Below are positions 9,506 through 21,776 of a stretch of DNA of 64,000 bases, one piece after another; within the stretch, counting starts at the first letter, position 1; every line of letters starts with the position of its first letter. The notes under the pieces were generated by a model. The model did not search any database and was not told the DNA's origin. It saw nothing but the letters and a program-made list of their open reading frames with translations. The DNA lies in the NCBI GenBank assembly GCA_963841435.1, contig CAWJCS010000002.1:128001-192000 (forward strand). Reading direction: 5' to 3'. The DNA is from an uncultured delta proteobacterium. GTDB lineage: Bacteria > Myxococcota_A > Polyangia > Polyangiales > Polyangiaceae. The position numbers were made by a program, and so were the translations under genes.

Positions 9506-10204
9506 TCAAGCGCGGGCGCCGCCGACGGCCTCGAGCAGACGCGCCGCCAGTGCGAGACCCTCGGCCGGCTCGCGGGTGCCGCTCGACCAGGCGACGATGG
9601 CGCCGTGCAGCGCGGCGAGCTCGTCGCGTTGGGCGCGGGGCAGCTCGAAGTGCCGCGCGTCGGCGGCCGCAAGGGCGATTTCGCTCTCGGCAACCTCGAG
9701 CAACCAAGCAATCTCGGAGGGCTCCCCGTGCGACGTGTTGGCTGCGAAGCGAGAGAGGTCGTGCATGCCGCCGCGTGGCGCCTCGACAACGTCCGACTGG
9801 CGGGTGAGAGCGCGTACCCGCTCCGCCGATAGCCGCGCGAGGCTGCGAGCGACGAGGCAGAGCGCTCGGTAGAGGCTCCGGCGGGCCTTTGCTAGCGCCT
9901 CGAGGCCCTTCGCGGGGCTCGCCGGCTGGGCGGCGAGCGTCCGGCGGACCTCGGCGACGAGAGCGCGCGCGGCGAAGCAGTGTCCGGACAACAAGTCGTC
10001 CGTCGTCCCGAGATCCACCGCGCGAATCGCCCGATTCGCCCGCAGCGAAAGCTCCTTCAGCGCCTCGCGCGCCGGCTCGGGGTGGCCACCCGCGGCGCCG
10101 AGCGAGATGCTGGCGGTCGCCAGGCGGAGCTCGAGCAACTCCGGGGTCGCGGGCTCGAGGAGCGACCCGGGCGGGGGCAGATGATGTTGGTCGGAAGAGG
10201 GCAT
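9506..10204 (-). CDS. Hypothetical helical protein
   Basis: Long ORF filling the gap between convergent and divergent neighbours; no motif recognised. Confidence 0.5.
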   Translation of the reverse strand: MPSSDQHHLPPPGSLLEPATPELLELRLATASISLGAAGGHPEPAREALKELSLRANRAIRAVDLGTTDDLLSGHCFAARALVAEVRRTLAAQPASPAKGLEALAKARRSLYRALCLVARSLARLSAERVRALTRQSDVVEAPRGGMHDLSRFAANTSHGEPSEIAWLLEVAESEIALAAADARHFELPRAQRDELAALHGAIVAWSSGTREPAEGLALAARLLEAVGGARA

Positions 10205-10423
10205 CGACCTTCCTCTAAGCAAGACTCGCGCCGCTCGCGATCCCCCTATTTTTCAGCTGCTTCGGGGCCGAACTGCCTCGGCTCGGGACGTCCTCTGCCG
10301 GACGGGTGTCCCGTCGCGGGACGGCCGATAACTTTCCGAAACGAGGGTCGGGCCCGGTCGCGCGAGGCCGGCCCGTGGCCGGAAGCTGGCAAGGGCCCCC
10401 CGACTCTGGTGTAGGGATATCGC

Positions 10424-11620
10424 GTGGGACGCGACGTCCGCGCGGAGCAGGTAAGGACGCTCTACGGGCAGAGCCTGCCGCTCTTGGTCGGCAACGTGGC
10501 GAACGGCGCGATCGTCGCCGCGGTGCTCTGGGCGACCCAGGACCACGGGGTGATTTCCGTGTGGTTCGGAACCGTGCTGCTCGTGACGGGCGCACGGGCG
10601 GCGTTGTGGCGTGCCTTCGTCGCGCTCGCTCCGGGCACGGATGCGGTGCCGGCATGGGGTATCCGTTACTCGATCGGTGTCGCGCTCTCGGGAGCCGCCT
10701 GGGGCTCGGCCTCGCTCTTGTTCCTCGAGCCGGACCGGCCCCTTTCGGTCGCGCTCATCGGCTTTCTCATCGGCGGCATGGGCGCAGCCGCCGCGGGAAC
10801 GCTTGCCTGCTACGTGCCGGCGTTCGTCGCGTATGCGGTGCCGTTGCTCGCCGCCAACGCCCGTGACGCCATGCCCGACGGCGGCGCCCTGGCGGTCAGG
10901 ACCCGAGCCACGTTCAAGCCCGCGTCGCGCGACGCACAAGCAGTTCCGTGCGTGCTGCTCGAGGTGACGGACACCGGTTCGGGAATGCAGCCCGACGTCG
11001 TGCTCCACGCGTTCGACCCGTTCTTCACGACCAAGCCGCAGGGCCAGGGTGCCGGGCTGGGCCTCGCCAGCGTTTTCGGGATCGTCGAGCAAGGGGGAGG
11101 GCGCATCGAGGTCGAGTCGAGCCCCGGCCGCGGCAGCCGCCTCGGCGTGATCCTGCCGCTCGCCGCGGAGCTTCCGGACGCACCCGAGTCGCGCCCGCCG
11201 TCGCGACCGCCAACGGCAGCGCCCTCGCGCCGGGTGACGGTGCTCGTGGCCGAAGACGAGCGCGACGTGCGTGCCGTCGTCGCGCGCGTGCTGCGCCGCG
11301 CGGGTCACGAGGTGATCACGACTGCGGACGGCGTGGAGGCCATCGAGGCGGCCCACGCGCATGCGGAGCCGATCGACGTGCTGGTGACGGACGTCGTGAT
11401 GGCGAGGATGGGAGGGCCAGAGCTCGCCCGGCATCTGCGCGGCGAGCGACCCGAGCTCGGTGTCGTCTTCATGTCCGGGCACGTCGCCGACGACGCGCCG
11501 CCGCCGCATGACCTTTCGCACGGTGTGGTGCATCTCGACAAGCCGTTCCAGCCCCAAGATCTCGTCGCAGCGGTCAACACGTTGCTCGAGCGCGCGGTCG
11601 AGCACGCACGCTCGAGTTGA
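10424..11620 (+). pseudogene. Hybrid sensor kinase with internal deletion (TM region fused to HATPase + receiver; no HisKA H-box)
   Basis: About 5 TM segments run directly into LAANARDAM (N-box), then DTGSGM, FDPFFTTK, GAGLGL, and a receiver (VAEDE, VTDVVM, KPF). No AHDFNN-type H-box. Confidence 0.65.
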
Positions 11621-11689
11621 GGCTTCAGAGCGTCGCGCTTGCGAGCAGGGTGCACGCGCACCCTGCCGTGCCGCCGCGCCGCCGAGCGC

Positions 11690-13304
11690 TCACGGCTTTC
11701 GCTTCAACCATCCGAACAACCCACCGCCGGTGGGAAACGTTCCGGAGCGCGCGCGCGGCGGGTGCGACGAACGCGTGTCGCGGCCAAGCTCGTAGAGCCT
11801 CACTTCGCGGGCCGCGTCGATGTGCCGCTCGTCGAGCTCGAGAACCATGCGAAATTCCTGGAGCGCGCTCGCGTGCTTGCCCATGCGTTTGAGCAGCTGA
11901 CCTCGGTAGTAGTGCACGCGTACGGTGTCGTTCGTCCGTGCGACGCGCTCGAGCCGAGCCCAGAGTCGCCGCAAATCGACGTCGGGCTTGCCCGCTTGCA
12001 CGAAGGTCCATAGCGCCATGAGCTCCGGGTGGTCCGGCTCCCGCGCGAGCGCGCTCGCTATCTCGTGCTCCGCCCCGGCCACGTTGCCGTGCGACAGCAT
12101 CGACTCGGCGCGCGTGAGCGTGCTCGCCGTGCTCCGCCCCCCCGAGGGCGGGACGCTCGGCGCCGGTAGGCTGGACCGCTCGCGGAGCGAACGGTCGTAG
12201 CTCCCTCGCTCGAGCGGATCGATGAGCACGCGGCGTGCCTCGACCATCTCGGCGAATTGGCGCGTCGCAACGGCGGAAAGATCGGGGAGCGCGCGCACGG
12301 GGCCGTCGGGGTGAAAGCGCTGCGCGAGCAGCGTGAATGCAGAACGTCACCTCGGAGCGCGAGGCCCCGCTCGAGATTCCCAGGACCTCGTAGTGGGTCC
12401 TTCGCGGTCGCTCGACACGGTCGTGAATTTCGGCGCGCAGCTCGGCCAGCGCAGCGCTCGCCGTCGGAATCGCACTGGGGCGCAGCTGCGGGCGCGTGTC
12501 GGCCGTGGGGGGGACGGTCGAGGTTGCGCGCGGGCCGAGCGAGCTCTCGGGCGCGCCAATCTCCACCGCGTGGGTGATGACGAGGAGGTAGATGACGCGG
12601 CCAACGGCGTCCGGTGCATCGACGCGGAGCGTCGCGAGATCGGTCGCCGAGAGCGCTCGACTTCGCAGCGCATCGACCACGGCGCGGTGCGCTCCGTCGA
12701 GGTGATAGTCGTCGATGGGCGCGTCGTCGCGCAACTTGAGGGGCCGACCGCCCAGCGTCCGGGCGAGCTCCGCCACGTCTTCTGCGCGCACGCCATCGCG
12801 GATCGCCCTCCAAACGAGCGCGCGCGGGTTCACGCGGACACCCTCGGGAGCGCCGAACATCGCGAGGTCGTTCACGCCCTCGCGGAAAACGAGCGCCGTG
12901 CTCGTCGGGAGCCCGATGAGCCAGGCGACCTGCCGTGCGAGCTGCTCCCTGAGGGCCCGGCCGAGCGTCGTCGGGTTGACGATTCCGTCGCTCAGCAACG
13001 CGTCGCCGTAGAGCGTACCGGCCTGCCGAGCGCGCGAGAGGGTCTCCCGGCGCTGCTCGTCGGTGAGCGCTCCGACCTCGACGAGCACGTCGCCGAGCAA
13101 CGCCACGGGCTTCGCGGTGCGCACCTTGCGGGGTGCCCCGGCTTCCAGATGGACGCGGTGCCCCGCGCCGTTCGCCTCCTCGAGCACGAGCGTGCCGCTG
13201 AGCCGCCGGTCAACGGCATCGGCGAGCCACCACGCGAGCGGTGTGCTCTTCAGCGTGACGGAAACGTCAATCCCGGGATCGGACACGACCTTGCCTTCGA
13301 GCAT
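11690..13304 (-). CDS. DUF4388-like + DnaJ (J-domain) + TPR protein; one frameshift at ~12343
   Basis: RLSGTLVL, LLGDVLV, THYEVLGIS. Removing one base at 12342-12348 gives EVTSAFTLLAQRFHPDG (HPD motif) and joins ORF 11690..12298. Confidence 0.8.
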
Positions 13305-13572
13305 TGCATGAGCAAAGTGTCGGGAACGTATCGGCTACCGTGCTCGTGGCTCGCGCTTCGTGCCGTCGCGGACCTCGGAGCCGGTACCCCCCCTGGGTTC
13401 GAATCGAATACGAAAGTCGTCCGTAGCACGAGCGCCACCCGCCTGCCGATGGGGATTTTTTCGGCGCGGACGCGGGAGGCGTTTCATAATCGTCACGGTG
13501 CGCCGCCCGTTTGCCATATCACTTGCGAGGGTAGCCTCGCGAGACTGTGTCGTTCTGGCTCAAGTCGCTGCG

Positions 13573-14319
13573 ATGGTCGCGGCCCTGCTCGGCCCCGGCT
13601 GTGCCAAGCCGCACGAGGACACCCGCCTCGCTCCCGTGGTCGCTTTGGTCGAAAAGAGGCCAGCGTCCCCGTCCCCCCGGTCCGAGGCGAGCGCCGGCGC
13701 GGCGACCCCGCCGACGGCCGGTCCAGGGACCGCCGTCGCCCGCCCTGGAAGCGCGTCGGCCGAACCGGGCGCGCCTTTGCCGTCGGCCGCCGGCGCCTCG
13801 CCGTCGCCTTCGGCTGCCGACGCGACCGCTTGGTTCGAGCCGATCTTCGACGCGCACGGCGTCCCGCTGCCGCAGACCGACGAACGCCCCCGCAGCGACG
13901 ACCCCGCATTCCTCGCACGCATCACGCTGCTCGCCGAAGCCATCGCTCGCGACGACCCGGAGCACGCGCGCCCTGCGTTCTTCCCGCTCGTCGCCTACGA
14001 ACAGGTGAAGGCCATCCGCGACCCCGCGCGCGACTATCGCGTTCGGCTGCTTGCCGCGTTCGAGGAAAACGTCCACGACTATCACCGCGCGCTCGGCAGC
14101 GCCGCGGCGACGGCGCGCTTCGAGAGCGTCGAGGTGCCGGGCACCGGCGTGCGCTTCATGAAGGTCGGCGCCGAAGGGAACCGGCTCGGCTACTTTCGCG
14201 TGCTGCGCTCTCGCCTCACGCTCGGGACCGAGGACGGACGCCGGCATTCCTTCGAGATCACCTCGATGATCTCCTGGCGCGGCGCCTGGTACGTCGTGCA
14301 CCTCCACGGCTTCTCTTGA
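13573..14319 (+). CDS. Hypothetical lipoprotein
   Basis: LLGPGC lipobox-like, Ala/Pro linker, globular C-terminus (FFPLVAYEQVK, EGNRLGYFRV, SWRGAWYVVHL). Start uncertain. Confidence 0.65.
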   Translation: MVAALLGPGCAKPHEDTRLAPVVALVEKRPASPSPRSEASAGAATPPTAGPGTAVARPGSASAEPGAPLPSAAGASPSPSAADATAWFEPIFDAHGVPLPQTDERPRSDDPAFLARITLLAEAIARDDPEHARPAFFPLVAYEQVKAIRDPARDYRVRLLAAFEENVHDYHRALGSAAATARFESVEVPGTGVRFMKVGAEGNRLGYFRVLRSRLTLGTEDGRRHSFEITSMISWRGAWYVVHLHGFS

Positions 14320-14407
14320 CCGCCACGGTGAGCAAGCGCCGGGCGTGCGTCCAGCCGCGCGTCGCGCGCTCCCTCGCGGCGCGCGACGAGGGGGCTCGTC
14401 GCGAGTG

Positions 14408-14920
14408 CTACTCGCTGCCGCCCAGCTCGCCGTCGTCCAGGTGTGCGGGCTCGGCGCGGCTGCGGCAGTCGAGACACAAGAGGCCGCGCGCCGCGTGGTG
14501 CTTGAGGTGGGTGCGCGCGCCGCAGACTTCGCAGCGGAAGTTCGCCGTCTCGTTGCCGGATGCCGCCAGCACGTCTTCGCGCGTCACGATTCCGACTGCA
14601 TGCTCGCCGCGCATGATCAACACCGAGCCCACGACTTCGTCGCTCATGCGTTGCATGGCGTCCGCGATCGTGGCCGTCACGTCGAGCACCACGGCGGGGC
14701 GCTGCAGTGCCCGCTTGACGGGCGCGTCGAGCGCGAGCTCCTCGAGGTCGCACGTGCACACCACGCCCAGCAGCTCCTTGCCGTCGAACAACGGCATATG
14801 GTGGATCCCGCACGTCTTGCAGAGCTCGAGCGCGTCGAAGACCGCGGTGTCGGCCTCGATGACGTGGAGCGGAGATTTCATGATGGATTCGAGCGACGGA
14901 GCGAATGGGGCGGCGTGCAT
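14408..14920 (-). CDS. CBS-pair protein with C-terminal zinc ribbon
   Basis: IHHMPLFDGKELLGVV and VGIVTREDVL (CBS motifs), then CEVC...CLDC. Confidence 0.85.
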   Translation of the reverse strand: MHAAPFAPSLESIMKSPLHVIEADTAVFDALELCKTCGIHHMPLFDGKELLGVVCTCDLEELALDAPVKRALQRPAVVLDVTATIADAMQRMSDEVVGSVLIMRGEHAVGIVTREDVLAASGNETANFRCEVCGARTHLKHHAARGLLCLDCRSRAEPAHLDDGELGGSE

Positions 14921-15041
14921 GGCGGTGCCTCCTCTTCGCGAAACGTGGGCCCCGAACCGCGTCCAGCGAGCTTCGGCTCCGTTTCCGGCGCGCGCGGTGG
15001 GAGCGTCCTTGCGAAAGCGGGCGGAAACGCGCGCCCCCGCG

Positions 15042-16664
<1,623 letters not shown>

Positions 16665-16814
16665 GGGCGCCGACCTAGCCCCGCGCGCGCCGCAGGGCAA
16701 CCCGGGAAGCGCCCAGCGCTTCGGCGTCGCCCCGATTCGTCGGCCACTGCGCAATATCCCCGCTATCTGCGCCGAAGAACGCGGGGTTGCCCGAGCGGTA
16801 CTAGACTCTCGCGC

Positions 16815-17348
16815 ATGGAGTCCGAGTTTCGCCATTGCAGCATCTGCAAGCAGTCGATCGCGTTCGGGCAAGAGTACTATCAATGCAGCGTCTCGACCTG
16901 CAACCGGGCGAGGATCGCGCTCTACTTCTGCTCGGTGTCGTGCTGGGACGCGCACCTACCCGACGCACGCCACCGTGAGGCCTGGGCCGAGCCCGTGACG
17001 GCTCCCTCTCGCGAGGCGTGGGAGCGCGAGCAGGCCGATCAGGCGCGGCGCACGGCGGAAAAGCCCCGCGCGGCCGCGACCGCACAGGCCCCGGCGGCGC
17101 GACTGGCTTCTCCCGATGCCATCCCGCGCGAGGTGCTGATCGTCGCGTCCAAAGCCAAGGACTACGTGCGCACCCGCTCGGGCATGAACACGTCCGACGG
17201 CCTGTTCGAACGGCTCTCGGACCGCCTTCGACACCTGTGCGACCTTGCCATCGCGAGCGCCGCGCGCGACGGTCGAAAGACGGTGCTCGATCGCGATCTG
17301 CCGCGCCCGCTCACCGGTCCACGCGTGATCCGCCGCCCGCCCGCGTAG
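16815..17348 (+). CDS. Bacterial histone-fold protein with N-terminal Cys/His zinc finger (ZZ-histone type)
   Basis: N-terminal CSIC..CSVSTC..CSVSCWDAH..H; C-terminal EVLIVASKAKDYVRTRSGMNTS...LCDLAIASAARDGRKTVLDRD with the RKTVxxxD histone signature, as in Bdellovibrio Bd0055. Confidence 0.88.
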   Translation: MESEFRHCSICKQSIAFGQEYYQCSVSTCNRARIALYFCSVSCWDAHLPDARHREAWAEPVTAPSREAWEREQADQARRTAEKPRAAATAQAPAARLASPDAIPREVLIVASKAKDYVRTRSGMNTSDGLFERLSDRLRHLCDLAIASAARDGRKTVLDRDLPRPLTGPRVIRRPPA

Positions 17349-17360
17349 GCCGCGCCCCGT

Positions 17361-18002
17361 TCACGGTCGTCCGCGCGCCCAAAGCGGGTTCACGTCGCAC
17401 GCCGCTCCGCCGCGCAGGCGTGAAATGAGCAAAAAGGGCGGTGGATACTCGTAGGGATCCTCGAGCCAAGCCGACAGGTTTAGGACGCTCGACTCCATGC
17501 GCTCGGTGTGCCCGAGGCTGCCGCCCCGGAAAGCAGGGTAATGCTCCTCGGCATAGACGTTGTCGACGCCACGGCGGCAAAGATCACCGGCCTGCACGTA
17601 AGCGCTCAGGCAGGCGTGGTGCACGGCCTCGTCGACGGGCGGATAGGCGGAGCCCCAGGTCAAGCTCGGGTCGACCACGAAACAGGCGAGCCGCGTCATC
17701 TGCACGATGCCGAGAATCGCGAGCGCTCCCCAAGCGAAGCAGAGCCCGGGCCGTCGCGAGAGCGCGCCGTCCCAGCGCGCTGGCAGTCGTTCGGCGAATA
17801 TCCGGAGCGCCGCGCGGCTCCGCGCGTCGACGAGCAGGGCGACCGCCGTCGCGAAAACGAGGGCGCCGACCAGCGGAACCGCGCTCACACCCAGGCCGAC
17901 AGCCCGCTCGACGAGCCCGCCGAGCACCACGAGCGCCGGCAACACGACCAGCAGCACGAGAGCGCCGCCGACGAGCACCCGTTCCAGGCCGATCCTGGCC
18001 AC
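17361..18002 (-). pseudogene. Truncated DUF2029/GT87-like membrane glycosyltransferase, N-terminal part
   Basis: Several TM helices then DPYEYPPPFLL; similarity ends abruptly and the ORF stops at 213 aa. Confidence 0.5.
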
Positions 18003-18028
18003 GAGGGAGCCTAACCTGTGTGCTCAGC

Positions 18029-18073
18029 GCGGTCGATGTCGGCGCAGGCACGGGCATCTCGACGCGACTGCTC
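18029..18073 (+). pseudogene. Remnant of a class I SAM-methyltransferase motif I
   Basis: AVDVGAGTGISTRLL with no surrounding gene. Confidence 0.5.
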
Positions 18074-18136
18074 GTCGAGCTGCGCCGACGTTTACCGTTC
18101 GGAACGCTCGCCGAGGGCCTTCGACGGTTCTCTCGA

Positions 18137-18862
18137 CTAAGGCGCCAGGAAGGGCAGCGGAGTGTCCGCCCCGAGCGCGCTCGCCGCGCGCGCGTCAGTC
18201 CTTGGGGTGACGATCAGGAACGCCTGTTCGAGAACCCGCGTCCCGCCACGCTCGCGGAAGCGCGGCTCGGCGACAGTCAGATCACGCTCGTCGAGCAGCT
18301 CGATGTCAGCGCCCTCGTAGAGCGCGCGGACCTGGTCCTGATCGACGCTGAACGGTGGCCCGACCGTTTGGTCGCCGTCGTGAAAGAGCGTGACGAGCAG
18401 CGTGGGTGCCCTCGGCCGGAGCGCTCGCTTGCAGGTCGCGACGTAGCGCGGGCGATCCTCGGGGCTTAGCGCGATGAGCGCCGCGCGGTCGTACGCGGCG
18501 TCGAAGCGGTCCTCCGGCGGTAGCTCGAGCGCGAAGAAATCGCCCACGGCGATGCGCACGTCGGCAGCCTGAAGCGCGTCGAATTCGTGGAAGCGCTCGC
18601 GCGTCGGGGTGATGTTCCGCTCGCGAAAGAACGCGTCCGCCGCCTCTTCCACGAGCTCGACGCCGGTCACGCTGCAGCCGTGTCGCGCGAGCAGCTCGAG
18701 GTCCGCCGATTTCCCGGCGAGTGGCACGAGCACGTGCCGCCCGCCGTCGGGCGCGGCGGCGAGCAGCCGGTTGACGTGCGCCTTCAAGAAGGCGTTGGGC
18801 TCACCCTCGTGAAAGCCGATGAGCCCGCGTGCCCAGCGCTCGCGCCAGAAGGCCTCGTGCAT
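18137..18862 (-). CDS. tpm: Thiopurine S-methyltransferase family
   Basis: FWRERW..G.IGFH, VLVPLAGKS.D, GVEL, GDFF, YDRAALIAL, GPPFSV. Confidence 0.9.
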   Translation of the reverse strand: MHEAFWRERWARGLIGFHEGEPNAFLKAHVNRLLAAAPDGGRHVLVPLAGKSADLELLARHGCSVTGVELVEEAADAFFRERNITPTRERFHEFDALQAADVRIAVGDFFALELPPEDRFDAAYDRAALIALSPEDRPRYVATCKRALRPRAPTLLVTLFHDGDQTVGPPFSVDQDQVRALYEGADIELLDERDLTVAEPRFRERGGTRVLEQAFLIVTPRTDARAASALGADTPLPFLAP

Positions 18863-18936
18863 GTCGGAGCGAGTCCGGTAGCACGAATCCGACGGCGCCG
18901 CCCGGCGCCTGAGGAGGCGCGGGCCGAGCGGTGACG

Positions 18937-20313
18937 TCACTGTGGACGGGATGGCAGGGTCGTCGGAGCGCTACCGGTGAGCGCGAAGTACGAGTCGTAC
19001 ACGAGCTGGCGCGTGTAGACGGGGTTGTGCACGCCGCCGCCGGAGCCGCGCGCGAGCAGGAGGTAGTTGTAGACGGCGCCCGCGACGTCGGCGGCGATCC
19101 CCGATTGCGAGGCGACCTTGTCCACGGCGAACTCACGATCCGCGAGATCGGTGGAGGTGAGCGGGCCGCTGCCACGCGTGAGGAAGCCCTCCGTGTTGAG
19201 CTCGACGCGAAGCTCCTGGATGTTGTCCATCATCGCCGTCTGCTGGCCGTTGATGTCGAAGCTGTCCGGGTTCGAGTGGCAGCCCTGCTTGCCGCACGCG
19301 GAGAGCTGCGGATAAAACGAGTGATTGCCGACGCCCTGGTTGGAGGCGACCGGAGGCATGTGGCAATCGATGCAGCCGTTCGCGAACGCCTGGTGCGACG
19401 ACGTCTTGTACGTCTTGCCGCTGTAGTGATAGCCGCCCTTGCCCGTGTAGATGTCGGACTGCGGCCCCTCGTGCGGGCCCCAGTAGCCGCTGAGATTGTT
19501 GGACGCGCCGATGTAGTTGGTCACGTCCTTGCGCGACTTGTGGCACCAGATGCAAGCGTTGCCCTTGCCGTAGGGGCCCGCGGGCGTGCCGTCAACGACG
19601 CCGACCGCCGAGCTCTTTTCGAGCAGCGCTTGCTTGCCCGTGCCCGTCGGAACGCGCAGCGGGAACGAGCCCGCCTGATACGTCTCACCCGTGACGTGCG
19701 GGTCGGTCGCGGGGTCAACGTCGTGGCACGTCGTGCAGTGCACGACGGCGACGGTGGCGGTCCCTGCGTAGGTGGCCTCCGTGACACGACTGTTGGTGCT
19801 GTCGAGATAGTTGTTTTGCCCCAGCGCGGATTGGGGGCTGTTCGTGCCGTTGACGTTCACGTTGCCTGCGAGCCGCTGCTCGATGCCGTCGATCGCGTGG
19901 CAGTTGCCGCACGCCGTGGCACCCGTCCAGGTGGGCACTTCTTCTCCGCCGAGGTTCGCGATGAACGTGGCGTAGTGAGTGCTCGTCTTCCACTGCTCCA
20001 CGATGCCGGTGAAGCCGTGGCACGGCGACAGGCATGACGTCTCGAGCGTGCCCGCGGGGATCTCGCCGGGTGGTCCCGGGTCGCCGGGATCGCCCGGGTC
20101 CCCCGGCACGCCCTGCGGACCGGTCTTGCCCTGGTCTCCAGGCGGCCCGAGGTCACCCTGCTGTCCCTGCCCACCCTGCGGCCCCACGTCGCCACGCGGA
20201 CCTGCCGGCCCTTGCGCGCCGGGCTTCCCGTCCTCTCCCGAGCAGGCGAGGACAAGCGATCCCAACGCGAGTGCAACCGACAAGACAGAAGCGATGTTCG
20301 AGCGCCGAAGCAT
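18937..20313 (-). CDS. Hexaheme c-type cytochrome lipoprotein with collagen-like stalk
   Basis: Lipobox VLAC (C24), 20 Gly-X-Y triplets, then CLSPCH, CGNCH, CTTCH, CIWCH, CIDCH, CGKQGCH. Confidence 0.88.
   Translation of the reverse strand: MLRRSNIASVLSVALALGSLVLACSGEDGKPGAQGPAGPRGDVGPQGGQGQQGDLGPPGDQGKTGPQGVPGDPGDPGDPGPPGEIPAGTLETSCLSPCHGFTGIVEQWKTSTHYATFIANLGGEEVPTWTGATACGNCHAIDGIEQRLAGNVNVNGTNSPQSALGQNNYLDSTNSRVTEATYAGTATVAVVHCTTCHDVDPATDPHVTGETYQAGSFPLRVPTGTGKQALLEKSSAVGVVDGTPAGPYGKGNACIWCHKSRKDVTNYIGASNNLSGYWGPHEGPQSDIYTGKGGYHYSGKTYKTSSHQAFANGCIDCHMPPVASNQGVGNHSFYPQLSACGKQGCHSNPDSFDINGQQTAMMDNIQELRVELNTEGFLTRGSGPLTSTDLADREFAVDKVASQSGIAADVAGAVYNYLLLARGSGGGVHNPVYTRQLVYDSYFALTGSAPTTLPSRPQ
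20059..20238 (-). repeat. Collagen-like (Gly-X-Y)20 coding repeat
   Basis: [60 protein letters not shown]. Confidence 0.9.
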
Positions 20314-20576
20314 GTGTGACCTCCGCAGCAATGTCCCCGAAGAGAATCTCCGCCCGCGAGCGCCATCGAGCGGCGCTTCCACGCGACCATCGTCTCGTAG
20401 CCCGGGAGCCTCCCGACGTTGACCCTTCATGACCGCTACTCTCGACACTCAGCAATTCGGTAAGGTCACGCACCGATGACAGCGACGTTGCGGCCGCAGG
20501 GAAAGAGAGGCGCGCAGATTTATCGCGTCGTCGCGCTAGCTTCGGAATGATTTGCGCGTCACAGGACGCGCGCAAG

Positions 20577-20861
20577 TCACCGCGCAGCGTCCGAAGGTTC
20601 CTTTTGCGGCGCCGGCGGCAAGCTGCTGCCACTCGCCCGTGCCCTGCGCCGCGCAAGATCTGCGATTACCGCCAGGAGGTAACTCGAAAACGCGAGCCCG
20701 CCGAGCACGTGCCCAATGCTCATGGCGCCAATGATTGGCAATGGCTTCGGGAACAAAATCGAGAGCACGAACAGCGAAAGCGCCCCGAGCCCGAGCAAGC
20801 ACGCGACGTTGACGAGCCGCTCGATCGGCCGCGAAATGAGGCGTCTGAACAGGCCCGTCAT
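20577..20861 (-). CDS. Small membrane protein (2-3 TM) coupled to the NapC/NirT gene
   Basis: ATGA overlap at 20858-20861; hydrophobic segments; 94 aa. Confidence 0.7.
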   Translation of the reverse strand: MTGLFRRLISRPIERLVNVACLLGLGALSLFVLSILFPKPLPIIGAMSIGHVLGGLAFSSYLLAVIADLARRRARASGSSLPPAPQKEPSDAAR

Positions 20862-21649
20862 GGTCGCAGCTCCTTTTTGCCGGGCCCTTCGCTCTCGGTT
20901 GCGGCAGCCGGTGCCCGGGCCGGGCGCTGCCCTCTGCCGCTCGCCGAGCTCGACGGCGCGCCGGGCGGGCGCGGTCTAGCGGAGCTCGCTGTCGAGCCGC
21001 TCGCGCTCGGGGGCGGGTTCGATACAGAGCTCGATTCCGCGGGCTTCGTGAAGGGATGCGCATAGCCGTGGCAGCCGGCGCTGGCGCAGCTCACCTGATT
21101 CGAGGCGAGCGCTGCCTTGAGCGATTCGTGCTCGGGGACCCGCCGCCAGTCGCTGAGCGTCGTGGTGTGGCAGTGCCGACAATTCCCGTTGTCGTACGGC
21201 TTGATGAGGTGGATTTCACGCTTTGCCTGCTCGAGTGGCATCGAGCGATAACCCCCTAGATAGTAGAGATAAACATGCCGGAGGCCGCCGAGCTTGGTGA
21301 GGGCGTAGCCGAACATGCCGTAATCGGCGTGGCACACGTAGCAGCTTCGCTCGCCGAAAAAGGCGTTTCGCGAGTGGCGGGCCGCGAGCGATTGAGAGCC
21401 CAGGTTGGCTGCGTCCGTGGCGTGGGCCCCCATGACATGGCACGAGCCGCAAAACGCGCGATCGGTCGTGTGCTCGATGCCCGTGACGGTCGAGCTCGCC
21501 GCCGAGATAGCGGGCAACACGCCCAATCCGAGCAGGAGCACGAGCTTGTAGCGCAGGTCGAGCGCAGGTTGCTTGACGAGATGGAAGACCAAGATCACCG
21601 CTGCGAGGAGCGCGGCGCCCACCGCCACGACGCTGAGGGCAAGGTCCAC
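20858..21649 (-). CDS. NapC/NirT (NrfH/CymA-like) tetraheme quinol dehydrogenase
   Basis: Two N-terminal TM, TTDRAFCGSCHVM (CxxCHxM), CYVCH, K.GG.RH, CRHCH, CASAGCH. Confidence 0.88.
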   Translation of the reverse strand: MDLALSVVAVGAALLAAVILVFHLVKQPALDLRYKLVLLLGLGVLPAISAASSTVTGIEHTTDRAFCGSCHVMGAHATDAANLGSQSLAARHSRNAFFGERSCYVCHADYGMFGYALTKLGGLRHVYLYYLGGYRSMPLEQAKREIHLIKPYDNGNCRHCHTTTLSDWRRVPEHESLKAALASNQVSCASAGCHGYAHPFTKPAESSSVSNPPPSASGSTASSARPRPPGAPSSSASGRGQRPARAPAAATESEGPGKKELRP

Positions 21650-21776
21650 GGCGGGTAGGGTTACCTGGAACGGGACGCGCCAACAAGGGGAGCGAGTCCT
21701 CCTTCCGATTTTGCCGTGGACGAAACGACAGCGAAGCGTGCTCGCGCACCTTCTGCGCGAGTATGATGCGTCCGCC

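Noticed and set aside
20314-21776. FNR/CRP boxes upstream of the cytochrome genes
   Set aside because: No convincing TTGAT-N4-ATCAA or TGTGA-N6-TCACA match found by eye.
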